Origin: Gammaproteobacteria bacterium
GTDB taxonomy: Bacteria; Pseudomonadota; Gammaproteobacteria; JAJPIJ01
Direction of reading: 5' to 3'
DNA length: 64,000 nucleotides
NCBI GenBank assembly: GCA_046347035.1
Contig: JAXMGY010000001.1
Coordinates: forward strand, 18,485 to 82,484
Notes under the pieces: model-generated
What the model saw: the letters and a program-made list of their open reading frames with translations, nothing else
What the model was told of the DNA's origin: nothing
The model's database searches: none
Translations under genes and position numbers: made by a program
In this document: positions 20,501 to 28,342 of the stretch, in pieces
Layout of the letters: each line of letters begins with the position of its first letter
Numbering within the stretch: position 1 is the stretch's first letter

Positions 20501-22378
20501 ACATACGATGTGGTCGGCAATCTCGCAACGACGACGGACGCAAGAGGAAACACCACAACCTATACTAGGGACAAACTCAGACGTCTCACCAAAGAGCTGT
20601 ACAGCAATGGCGAAACGTCAGATTTTGCTTACGACGGCACAGTCAACGGCGAGCTAGGGACTCTTACGAACGCAACCAAGGTCGGTCCGTTCAAGTATGA
20701 TAGCCGCGGTTGGTTGGTTGAGCAGGGCGGTGGTAGTACGCAAACCGAAACCGTCTCCGTCGTTGGAGTAATCTTAATTGCTGGGCGACCTTTCCTGACT
20801 CGAGTCCCGCAGGTGGTTGTAGCGACACCTCCACGCACATTGTACAGCTACACATCCGCTGGACGGTTAGCATCAATCACGTATCCGTCTGGCAAAGTTG
20901 TTACTTACAACTACAGCGGTGGAATGGTATCCGACGTGTCAGTCAATGGAACCACAATTCTAAGTAATGTTACCCATACTCCCATGGAGCCCATCACGGG
21001 TTGGACGTGGGGTAACGGTACGGTGCACCCGAGAACGCTTGATGCGGACTATCATGTGAGAAGTTACAAGATTGGATCAGCCACACGAGACCTCACCTAT
21101 GATTCCGAAGGGAATCTACTCATCGTTGTCGATAGCGCGACGTCCAGTCTTGGTCCCACCTATACAAACGCAGATGATTTGGGCAGGGTGATCAGTGAAA
21201 CGAATCTTGCCAAGAACCTGGCTTGGACGTACGACTCAAATGGCAATCGAATTTCAACACGAATTGGACTTGGAAATACGCCCTACAGCCTTACGTACAG
21301 CGGTTCGAGCAACCGCTTGCTCTCGCTCTCTGGTCCCACAGCACGTACCTTTACGTATGATGCGGCGGGCAATATTACTTCAAACGGAAGCTTGATATAT
21401 CAGTATAGCGCACGTGGCAGATTAGCCGCGGTGAATCCACAGGCGCTTACCAGTTGGTCTAACTATCGGTACAACGCACTGGGCCAGCTGCGTGCCCGCG
21501 ATATGGACGCGGATACGAATCGTCGATTTGCCTACGACCCGGCCGGTCACCTGCTTGGTGAGTATTCGTCTTTGAGTGGTGGCTTCAGCCAGGAGACGGT
21601 ATGGCTAGGCGACATCCCGGTGGCGGTGCTGTCGGGCACCAACACCATTCAGTACATCCACGCCGACCATCTGAACACGCCGCGGGCGCTCACGGACACG
21701 ACGGGCAAGGTGCTGTGGCGCTGGGACTCCAACGCTTTTGGCGAGGGATTGCCGAATGAGGATGTGGACGGCGACGGGGTGAAGGTGACCTACAACCTGC
21801 GCTTCCCTGGTCAGTACTACGACAAGGTCACGGGCAAGCACTACAATTACTTCCGCGACTACGATCCGGAAACCGGGCGCTACCTGGAGTCCGATCCGAT
21901 TGGACTCGCGGGGGGCTTGAATACTTACGCCTATGTCGGTGCGAATCCGCTGACTAGATTTGATCCGTTTGGGTTGGCTTGGAACTGTACTTATGTTCAA
22001 TCAACCGGCCGGTTGTATTGCGTCGACGATGAAACCGGGAAATCTGTTTATGAGCGCTGCTATTCCGGCTCAGAGAGTCGAGGTGGGAAAAACGATCCCG
22101 ATAAGGAATCAGAGAGAAGAACCGGACCGATACCCCGTGGAGGTTGGGACATAGGCGGCTATGATAACTCCAAAGGCCCCCGAACCATCGACCTCTCTCC
22201 CAGATCGGGTACGGAAACATACGGTCGTGATCTGTTCCGAATACACGGTGACAGTCGCAGGCACCCTGGCAACGCGTCGGAAGGGTGTATTATCTGCGAC
22301 CTTTTAACACGTGAAAAGCTAACCAATGGATCAGGCGGTACTGTAACTGTCATCCGCGCAGAACCATTTGCAAACTAG
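17570..22378 (+). CDS. RHS-repeat polymorphic toxin with Sec signal peptide, C39-like peptidase domain, YD/RHS repeats, RHS core (ending ...DPIGLAGGLNTYAYVGANPLTRFDPFGL) and a C-terminal L,D-transpeptidase-like toxin tip
   Basis: Intact 1602-aa ORF. Signal peptide 'MKKVSWTIWAVVVVVVTLAFEKAGA'. C39-like motifs 'ALRCGAMALNALL' (Cys195) and 'VHWNVGHYAAVL' (His267). Many YD-type repeats ('YTYD', 'YAYD', 'TYTYD'). Core 'RFPGQYYDKVTGKHYNYFRDYDPETGRYLESDPIGL'. Tip motif 'RIHGDSRRHPGNASEGCII'. Confidence 0.9.
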   Translation: MKKVSWTIWAVVVVVVTLAFEKAGATPVPENGLSDLITALQLTEPVVATTKSTDQDRAEIERLIERTASMSRAEKAEAIAEFIDHHPHSPFRVALEANLGFQYLHDGYVSRAITSLSAAWEHGREARGLAIEALVDKAVGDLLVTHARLGHSNETERLLTEISGRPIMGSADVAVSTARDGLWQIQHEPEQALRCGAMALNALLQSRHSDAALRSELMNIAVDKQGMSLAQIAKLAEHHGVTLKAVRSLQRDAVVPVPAIVHWNVGHYAAVLAKNGKEYLVDDPVFGGRKWISSDALQAETSGHFLVLADAPATDWAELATKEAANIRGAGYTNTDDPLYTRPQDHKECDQPCGSSNPPGGMPVPAVHSMLVSLNIVDRPVSYTPPKGTDVDVVLTYNQKESDLQPAVFTYSNFGPKWNFNWLSFIQDDPNSPGNSVMRYVAGGGGQRYSGFNSSTGAFTPEKRSGAQLVKTAANTYELRDADGSKEVFGFSDGSTGYPRKIFMTQRVDAAGNAVTLQYDAQRRLTGIVDAIGQTTTLQYTHTNPLLITAITDPFGRKATVTYDTSGRLSSIKDAINLTSSFTYDTGTFITAMTTPYGTTQFAYGEGDNRQRWLEITDALGKKSRVEFRHNAPYPAFDQTPPTNDFRTTWFHSRNTYYWDQTAMALAPGDYTKARIKHWVHRGDKDSETDGVLESVKYPLENQIWYKYPGQGDTAFSGSFDKPILIAQTQPDGTAKLERYEYNQFGKVTRYINPLGHEYVYEYDTNQIDLLRIKRRRVSTDTLDTFAQYTYNTQHRVLTYTDAAGGITRYTYNTAGQLLSQITPANETTSYAYDAKGYLTSITNPRAQTAVTYTYDAVGRVNKRTDSQGSIQYAYDNLDRLTTTTYSDTTTETNTYDKLDVSVAKDRNGKLTRYAYDAVRNLVSVTDPLNQVVQYTYFENRLPKTVKDARNNVTSWTRDIQGRVLSESSPDRGATTYTYDVVGNLATTTDARGNTTTYTRDKLRRLTKELYSNGETSDFAYDGTVNGELGTLTNATKVGPFKYDSRGWLVEQGGGSTQTETVSVVGVILIAGRPFLTRVPQVVVATPPRTLYSYTSAGRLASITYPSGKVVTYNYSGGMVSDVSVNGTTILSNVTHTPMEPITGWTWGNGTVHPRTLDADYHVRSYKIGSATRDLTYDSEGNLLIVVDSATSSLGPTYTNADDLGRVISETNLAKNLAWTYDSNGNRISTRIGLGNTPYSLTYSGSSNRLLSLSGPTARTFTYDAAGNITSNGSLIYQYSARGRLAAVNPQALTSWSNYRYNALGQLRARDMDADTNRRFAYDPAGHLLGEYSSLSGGFSQETVWLGDIPVAVLSGTNTIQYIHADHLNTPRALTDTTGKVLWRWDSNAFGEGLPNEDVDGDGVKVTYNLRFPGQYYDKVTGKHYNYFRDYDPETGRYLESDPIGLAGGLNTYAYVGANPLTRFDPFGLAWNCTYVQSTGRLYCVDDETGKSVYERCYSGSESRGGKNDPDKESERRTGPIPRGGWDIGGYDNSKGPRTIDLSPRSGTETYGRDLFRIHGDSRRHPGNASEGCIICDLLTREKLTNGSGGTVTVIRAEPFAN

Positions 22379-23060
22379 AGAGCATGCAGCTATGCGTTCC
22401 GAGATAAGACAAGCCAAAATCTTTCGTTTGTTTTTGGTGATATGTTGTTTCTGTTGTTGGCCGTTGACTCGCTGCTTGGCGAGCAGCAGCCAGATTGCGT
22501 TACCTGAATATGTCGATGACATATTTGGGTGGCACGCTGGTACGACAACATTAACTAATGTGCAAGGACTGATGGGGCAGTCACCATTTCATGTTCGCGG
22601 AGATGCTGCGTCGTCAGAAACATTCATTTGTTATGTCATCAGAGACACCAACCAGTCTTGGATAGTCACGTTTACGTCTGACAATGAACTTGCAGACGTG
22701 TCGTCTCACGAATTAACCGGAATTGAGCTGACTCGTCTCGATGCAGGGTTGCATGCTAGCAACGATTGCACGGTCGCACTGGATAATCGTGACGTAATGA
22801 CCCTTGTAAGGATGAGTGAGACTGATTTTATGGCGAAGTTTTCTCCACCGGTTGTTCATAAAGGCGAATACGGCGGCTCTATCTGCGTCGAAAATCCAAT
22901 TGATCGGAAAGATCCTGCATACCAGTACTGGCGGGGGAAGAAGAACTGTTTCCCGGAGGGGAAGGAACCATATGTCAATGTGTGCACGACATGGGGCGCG
23001 CAGTTTCGAGATAAAGTTCTCACGAAGTTGACGGTGAAAAGGGTTTCTAGTGTGTGTTAA
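22368..23060 (+). CDS. Putative periplasmic immunity protein cognate to the RHS toxin tip
   Basis: Overlaps the RHS stop, suggesting translational coupling. Signal peptide 'IFRLFLVICCFCCWPLTRCLASS'. Alternative start Met at 22392. No known family. Its position directly after the toxin tip follows the usual RHS toxin/immunity arrangement. Confidence 0.55.
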   Translation: MQTREHAAMRSEIRQAKIFRLFLVICCFCCWPLTRCLASSSQIALPEYVDDIFGWHAGTTTLTNVQGLMGQSPFHVRGDAASSETFICYVIRDTNQSWIVTFTSDNELADVSSHELTGIELTRLDAGLHASNDCTVALDNRDVMTLVRMSETDFMAKFSPPVVHKGEYGGSICVENPIDRKDPAYQYWRGKKNCFPEGKEPYVNVCTTWGAQFRDKVLTKLTVKRVSSVC

Positions 23061-23099
23061 TGTTCTTGGAGCAATTTGGAGAGGCAGCACAAAAACAAT

Positions 23100-23320
23100 C
23101 GAGGACGTAGGGCGGACGGCATCAATACATATACGTACAATGGCCGTGGCCGGCTCTACACGGCACAAGATATTTCGATCACGCCCCGTGGGTTAGACGG
23201 TTGGTCGTACTATCGCTACGACGGATTAGGTCTGATGTCGGGGCGCGATATTAACGGAGAGAGCCGACGCTTTACTTACGACCCGGCCGGACATTTGCTT
23301 GCTGAGGCAGGAAATAGGGG
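23100..23320 (+). pseudogene. Degenerate RHS fragment (displaced cassette remnant), truncated at the junction element
   Basis: Reads 'NTYTYNGRGRLYTAQDISITPRGLDGWSYYRYDGLG...RRFTYDPAGHLLAEAGN'. Parallel to the start of the next cassette but stops at 23311. Confidence 0.5.
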
Positions 23321-23378
23321 TCGGAGTGAATTAATTTGGTGCATGGAAACGGTCGCGCCAATTCAAACACTTCGATCC
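23311..23378 (+). repeat. Conserved ~70-bp junction element, copy 1, at an RHS cassette boundary
   Basis: GAAATAGGGGTCGGAGTGAATTAATTTGGTGCA..GCGCCAATTCAAACACTTCGATCCC. About 80% identical to 24966..25036. Contains an imperfect hairpin (GAATTaatTTGG / CCAATTC). Confidence 0.6.
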
Positions 23379-24235
23379 CGTTACTCTTCGCTGTACAGGG
23401 CAACGCATTCAATCCGCGTGGTTTGGATGGGTGGGTGTACTATCGTTACGACGGATTGGGGCGCATGCGTGGACGAGATGTTAATGGAGAGGTAAACCGA
23501 CGCTTTGCCTACGATCCGGCCGGACATCTGCTCGCTGATGCAGGCCAGGAGACGGTGTGGCTGGGCGACATTCCGGTGGCGGTGCTGTCGGGCACCAACA
23601 CCATCCAGTACGTCCACGCCGACTATCTGAATACGCCGCGTGTGATCACGGACATGACGGGCAAGGTGCTGTGGCGGTGGGACTCCAACGCTTTTGGAGA
23701 GGGATTGCCGAACGAGGATGTGGACGGCGATGGCGTGAAGGTGACCTACAACCTGCGCTTTCCTGGGCAGTACTACGACAAGGTTACCGGCAAGCACTAC
23801 AATTACTTCCGCGACTACGATCCGGAAACCGGGCGCTACCTGGAGTCCGATCCGATTGGGTTGGCGGGCGGCATTAACACATATGCGTATGTGGGCGGCA
23901 ATCCACTGGCATTCATAGATCCAACCGGTGAAATAAGGATCCCCAGGAAATGGCTAGAGTGTTTAGTATTGCTGGGCTGCTTGCATGGGAAGCCAGAAGA
24001 ACCTGGTTCTACCCGTCCGGTTCGGCCTGAAGTTCCGACACAAGTTAAGCCGCCTGTGCCCGTATCCGGCTCAAAAGATCCCGATAAGGACGACTGCGAA
24101 TCGCCGGATAGTGAGCCGGCACCTAAAACGACTCCGACACCGATGACCCCCATATCTGAGCCGTCCGTTCCTTGGTGGTTGCCGCTGATACCACTAATAC
24201 CGTTCCCTGGGAATCCGATTTATGGTGGACTCTGA
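23336..24235 (+). CDS. Orphan RHS C-terminal cassette: RHS core with an alternative, Pro-rich C-terminal tip; no RHS body
   Basis: A 315-bp segment (23545..23859) is about 93% identical to RHS 21589..21903. Core 'DPIGLAGGINTYAYVGGNPLAFIDPTGE', then the novel tip '...KDPDKDDCESPDSEPAPKTTPTPMTPISEPSVPWWLPLIPLIPFPGNPIYGGL'. The apparent TTG start lies inside the junction element. Confidence 0.6.
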   Translation: MVHGNGRANSNTSIPLLFAVQGNAFNPRGLDGWVYYRYDGLGRMRGRDVNGEVNRRFAYDPAGHLLADAGQETVWLGDIPVAVLSGTNTIQYVHADYLNTPRVITDMTGKVLWRWDSNAFGEGLPNEDVDGDGVKVTYNLRFPGQYYDKVTGKHYNYFRDYDPETGRYLESDPIGLAGGINTYAYVGGNPLAFIDPTGEIRIPRKWLECLVLLGCLHGKPEEPGSTRPVRPEVPTQVKPPVPVSGSKDPDKDDCESPDSEPAPKTTPTPMTPISEPSVPWWLPLIPLIPFPGNPIYGGL

Positions 24236-24292
24236 CCGTTCAGCGACACGTGGAGGATGCCTTGGGTACGAAAGAGATTCTGGGAGGTAGCT

Positions 24293-24886
24293 ATGAATAT
24301 CCGTTTACGAGCCGAAAGTGACGACAAGTATTTGGGGGATATTTCCGATGCGCTAAAACTGCAGGATCGTGATCCTGTGCGAGTATTTCAGGAACTCCTG
24401 CGCCTTGCTCAGAATGGCTCGATAAACAGCATGCTTGAGCTGGGCTGGGCTTATAAGAAAGGATTGGGAACAAAAACGGACACTGATGAGGCAGCCAGGT
24501 GGTTTCGACGAGCATATGACGGTGGGGCTACACAGGCAGCTCTGTATCTTGGAGGCATTTATTGGCGCATGGAGAAGTATGCGGATGCCCGTGATATATT
24601 TGCTAAAGGCGGCGAAGACGGAGATCCAGTGTGTCTCTATTGGCTTGGGCGAATGTATCAGGACGGCATTGCTGTCGAGAAAGCTCCCGACAAAGCCTAC
24701 GACCTATACGTGCAGGCCTCAGCAGGCGGTAGTTTGATCGCAAGAGCTGCTGCTGCGCGACTTCTAATGTCCGGGAGGTGTGGTGCCTCGCGTATTCTCG
24801 TTGGAGTGTACCAGTACGTCATAACGATGTTTTCTGCACTAGTATCATGCTTCCGAAAGGAGACCAATCACAGCCTTAGGCATTAA
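24293..24886 (+). CDS. Sel1/TPR-like repeat protein, putative immunity protein for the orphan cassette
   Basis: Sel1-like repeats ('LGWAYKKGLGTKTDTDEAARWFRRAYDGG', 'LGRMYQDGIAVEKAPDKAYDLY'). GGGAGG RBS 6 nt before the ATG at 24293. Sits directly 3' of the toxin tip. Confidence 0.55.
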   Translation: MNIRLRAESDDKYLGDISDALKLQDRDPVRVFQELLRLAQNGSINSMLELGWAYKKGLGTKTDTDEAARWFRRAYDGGATQAALYLGGIYWRMEKYADARDIFAKGGEDGDPVCLYWLGRMYQDGIAVEKAPDKAYDLYVQASAGGSLIARAAAARLLMSGRCGASRILVGVYQYVITMFSALVSCFRKETNHSLRH

Positions 24887-24929
24887 CGCAAATTGAAAAT
24901 GGGTCGTTGTTGTTTATCTTTCCGCCGCC

Positions 24930-25036
24930 CGCACGTACACATACGATGCGGCCGGCAACATCACAGGAATAAGGTGTCGGAGTGAATTACTTTGGTGCAC
25001 GCGAAGCGGTAGCGCCAATTCGATTTACTTCGACCC
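24930..25036 (+). repeat. Third RHS remnant ('RTYTYDAAGNITGIR') fused to junction element copy 2 (24966..25036)
   Basis: GGAATAAGGTGTCGGAGTGAATTACTTTGGTGCA..GCGCCAATTCGATTTACTTCGACCCC. The YD-repeat remnant compares with 'TFTYDAAGNITSNGS' at RHS ~21340. Confidence 0.55.
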
Positions 25037-25331
25037 CATCTCCTCGGTGTCACGTGCTATCGTTGCCATCATGACCGCGGTCAAGCAAGCCGAACTGGCT
25101 GGGTTCGATATAGGTCTGATTGATGAGAGCAAGCGTTGTTCCTACGAGCAACGCGCGCTTCAACATCAAGAAGCGCTGAGTCTGGCGTTAGAACTTGAGA
25201 GAGTGGGGCAGCAGCTGCGTAATGGATCTCAACCGACTGCTGTTACGCCTGAGCGAAGCTGAGGTGAGTTAACGGGTTGGATGAATTTGCTTTGTCGAAT
25301 GTCACTTTTCGCCTTGCTGCTTCAACATCCG

Positions 25332-25625
25332 CTACGTTCGTGTGGAGCCATAAGTTGGGCGTCGGCGATCATGTTTGACCACCAGAACGAGGATGCCTTC
25401 AGTCACTACCCTGTATACGACGGTATAGGGAAAGCCAGAGGTCGGGAAGCCACGGCGACCGCGAGATCGGGGTGTACCAATGCTTGGGTTTTGAAGTAGA
25501 AGTTTTGCAACGCGCTCAAACTCCGCGATGAATTTGTCAGCGAGTGCTGTTGAAGCTTGGGATTCCTAGAACGCGGCTGCCTCGGCAACGTCTCGCGCTG
25601 CGCCTGGATGTAGAACGACTCTCAT
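25332..25625 (-). pseudogene. parE: ParE/RelE-family toxin inactivated by an in-frame amber stop at codon 20
   Basis: My own translation of the reverse complement gives MRVVLHPGAARDVAEAAAF*ESQASTALADKFIAEFERVAKLLLQNPSIGTPRSRGRRGFPTSGFPYTVVYRVVTEGILVLVVKHDRRRPTYGSTRT*. ATG at 25625-25623. Its start overlaps the stop of the antitoxin (ATGA). The TAG at 25568-25566 is where Tyr is expected (FYE). Confidence 0.6.
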
Positions 25626-25849
25626 CCAGGGAATCGCGCCCGGAGTCGTGCCATGGCCCCCTCAAGTGGTACGGCTACAACTTGTCCAGATTGAAGCTCT
25701 GCCTCACGCGATTCGGCGAGTTGCTCCCACTCTTCTTCCGCCGCAACATCCACATCCAGACTCGCGACGAGATGTTCAAGCAGGCGTGTGCGATCGGCTT
25801 TCGAAAGACTGAGAATTTGAGCTTGCAGGATTTCAAGGTTGGTACTCAT
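25622..25849 (-). CDS. Addiction-module antitoxin component (TIGR02574-like), partner of the ParE pseudogene
   Basis: 'MSTNLEILQAQILSLSKADRTRLLEHLVASLD...EEEWEQLAESREAELQSGQV' is the typical small acidic antidote. Start at the internal Met (25849) of track ORF 25622..25897. Confidence 0.6.
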   Translation of the reverse strand: MSTNLEILQAQILSLSKADRTRLLEHLVASLDVDVAAEEEWEQLAESREAELQSGQVVAVPLEGAMARLRARFPG

Positions 25850-26508
25850 AGGTTCTCTGGTCTCCAAGCTGCACAGTGCATGGCAAGCTTGCCACATCTG
25901 GAAGAACGGAGTCAGAGTTATTTACCTTGCCAAACGCAGAAAAAGCAAAGGGGCCGCGAGGGCCTTTGCGTTACAACCTAGCGAACCGATTAACGGTTGC
26001 TGATGTACATCGTGACTTCGAAGCCAAAACGGACGTCAGCGAAAGCAGGAGTTTCCAAGCCATGTTCGTATCCTCTAATAAGTATGTGAATTCGGGGTAA
26101 TGAACGACTACTAATCTATATAGAGCAGGGCCCGTGCCACGATCTGCCCGCACCAGCAAGATCGGCTTTTATGTTAATAATAACAATAGGTTATGTGCAC
26201 GTGTCCAAGATTGTGTGGTAGCAGCAGTCACCCGATCCAGGGCTCAAAATTGATGTAGAAAACCAACCAGTTGGTTGCCAGTAACCAATTGCACCAGCCG
26301 GTTCTTCGTTCCAATTCATCCCGAAGTCAGCCTGCCAGCCGCGAAACGAGGGCACTCTGAAAGCCCGCAATCACTATTAACGGCGTGACTCGCGCCGTTT
26401 CCCGCCGTGTTTTCGACGCCGAAAAGTGTGTCGTCATCCGCAGGTTGCGCGCCATCCAGCAAATAGTATGAGACTACAAAAGTGTCACCAAGCGGTGGAG
26501 GCAGGAGC

Positions 26509-27859
26509 ATGAAAACAACACTTCGATGTGTATCGATATTGGCTGGGCTGGTCATCACAAGTGGCGCTCACGCCGCCGTGCAACTGGAACGCCTTACTAT
26601 GGGCGCCAACAGCCTGGTTATTCCACCGCCATCGGCAACCAACTTTTCATGCTGGAGCAGGGTGGCAATATCAAGCTTTACGACATGCAGACCAAGACCA
26701 CCACGAATTTTCTGAATGCCAACCAGCTCGGCAGTACTTTCGTGACCGGCGGTGAAACTGGTTTACTTGGCATCGCCTTCGATCCCGACTACGCGAAGAA
26801 CGGTTACTTTTACGTCAACACCACGCATCGGGATGCGAATTACAATGGTAATCGAATTTATGGCGAGGTCACTCGCTACACTCGATCTGCCACTGATCCC
26901 GCAAAGCCGACGCGAGTTCGGCGATGTCAATGATCAAGATTCCGAAGAATGAGATTAAAGTGAACGGTGTTCCCACTGACTTCACCAATCACAACGCCGG
27001 CTGGATTGGATTTGGCAACGACAAGATGCTGTACATCTCCACCGGTGATGGCGGCAGTGGCGGCGATCCCACTGGCAATGCGCAAAATGGCCAGAGCCTG
27101 CTCGGCAAAATCCTCCGTCTTGATGTAAGCAATCCAACGATCAGCTACGCCATTCCCAAGGACAATCCCTTTGCCAATGGGAATGGCGGTGCCAACGCCA
27201 ATTTCCTGGATGAAATTTGGGCCTACGGACTTCGCAACCCTTTCCGTGCTGGCTTCGATAGTAAGACTGGCAATTTATTCATTGGCGATGTCGGGCAAGG
27301 TGCCTGGGAGGAAGTCGATCGCGCGATGGCTGGCGTGGGCGGCATAAATTTTGGTTGGAACCTGAGAGAGGGAGCGCACAACTATGGCGGCTTTAATGGC
27401 AGTACGGCCGGCCTGACTGATCCAATTTTCAACTACGACCATTCCCAAGGTCAGTCTGTCATTGGCGGTACCGTATTCCACGGTGGCGGTGAACTCGATG
27501 GCAAGTACCTGTTCAGCGATTTTTACAACGGCGGCAAAATTTGGGCACTGGATCCAAACTGCACCGCGAACTGTCAGATGACGAACGTGATTTTCACCAC
27601 CACAGCTGGAACGATAGGTGCCATATCGAGTTTCACCACCGATGCCGCTGGCAACATGTACATCACGGACTACAACGGTGCGGTTTATCGGCTCTCGGCG
27701 GTATCGCCGGCGCCAGTTCCCGCACCGGCTGCCGCGTGGCTGTTGGGATCCGGATTGCTGGGACTGACGCGCGCGCGCCGCAGGCAGTGGCAGATCAAAT
27801 TGATTCAAGCCAGCGCTGAGCGCCGTCATTCCCGCGCAGCCTGCCCCGGCAGGTTGTAA
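26509..27859 (+). pseudogene. Soluble glucose/sorbosone dehydrogenase-like beta-propeller protein with C-terminal PEP-CTERM sorting signal; two frameshifts
   Basis: Signal peptide 'MKTTLRCVSILAGLVITSGAHAA'. Propeller motifs 'GLLGIAFDPDYAKNGYFYV' and 'WAYGLRNPFRAGFD' spread over three frames (26482.., 26526.., 26924..). C-terminus 'VSPAPVPAPAAAWLLGSGLLGLTRARRR' is the PEP-CTERM pattern. Confidence 0.6.
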
Positions 27860-27965
27860 GCCGGGAGCGGGAATCCAGTTGAAAAATTACTTTGACTGGG
27901 TCCCCGCCTTCGCGGGGACGACGGAAGTAGCGCTGCGGGGATCGTCGCGAAGTGGTGTCCATTGC
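27835..27965 (+). repeat. MITE-like palindromic repeat, copy D (expanded first hairpin) plus partial 3' extension module
   Basis: GTCATTCCCGCGCAGCCTGCCCCGGCAGGTTGTAAGCCGGGAGCGGGAATCCAGTTgaaaaattactttgACTGGGTCCCCGCCTTCGCGGGGACGACGG, followed by ..GTCGCGAAGTGG.. related to the extensions of copies G and H. Confidence 0.7.
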
Positions 27966-27999
27966 GGAGGCTTATGACCGCAATACGCACGCGGGCTAT

Positions 28000-28329
28000 T
28001 TATTTGCACAAGGTGCTTGGGCAGTTAACGCCCGCGCACCGCCAGCAACTGGTGAACGCTGGTTCCATCCATTCTCCGCATTGCTGACACTGCCACGCGG
28101 TATTCTTCATCGCTACTTGCGGCGTAATACTTTGTAGCAATTTCAGCGCCGGCACCTCATCCCGCTCGTCCAGTACCCAGATCTCCTGCCAGCACTCCTG
28201 CGCGGGAATGTCGCCGATGCCACCGGCGATAAACTCGTTTTTCAGCCAGGTCTGGATGTGATTGTCCTCAAGCAGGGCTTGCAGCATGCCCGCCATGGTG
28301 CGATCCGGTGTCGAGAGGATTCTTTTCAT
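28000..28329 (-). CDS. DUF2007-like small protein with C-terminal zinc ribbon
   Basis: 'MKRILSTPDRTMAGMLQALLEDNHIQTWLKNE' is the DUF2007-like fold. C-terminus 'CQQCGEWMEPAFTSCWRCAG'. Confidence 0.45.
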   Translation of the reverse strand: MKRILSTPDRTMAGMLQALLEDNHIQTWLKNEFIAGGIGDIPAQECWQEIWVLDERDEVPALKLLQSITPQVAMKNTAWQCQQCGEWMEPAFTSCWRCAGVNCPSTLCK

Positions 28330-28342
28330 GATTCCGATCATA

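Noticed and set aside
25047-25262. 71-aa ORF immediately after junction element copy 2
   Set aside because: No recognisable motif, signal or RBS. It could be a tiny immunity or orphan gene, but there is no positive evidence, so it is left uncalled.
25281-25499. 72-aa plus-strand ORF between the RHS array and the antitoxin gene
   Set aside because: It lies entirely antisense to the reconstructed ParE reading frame, which has a far better protein signature. No RBS or family.
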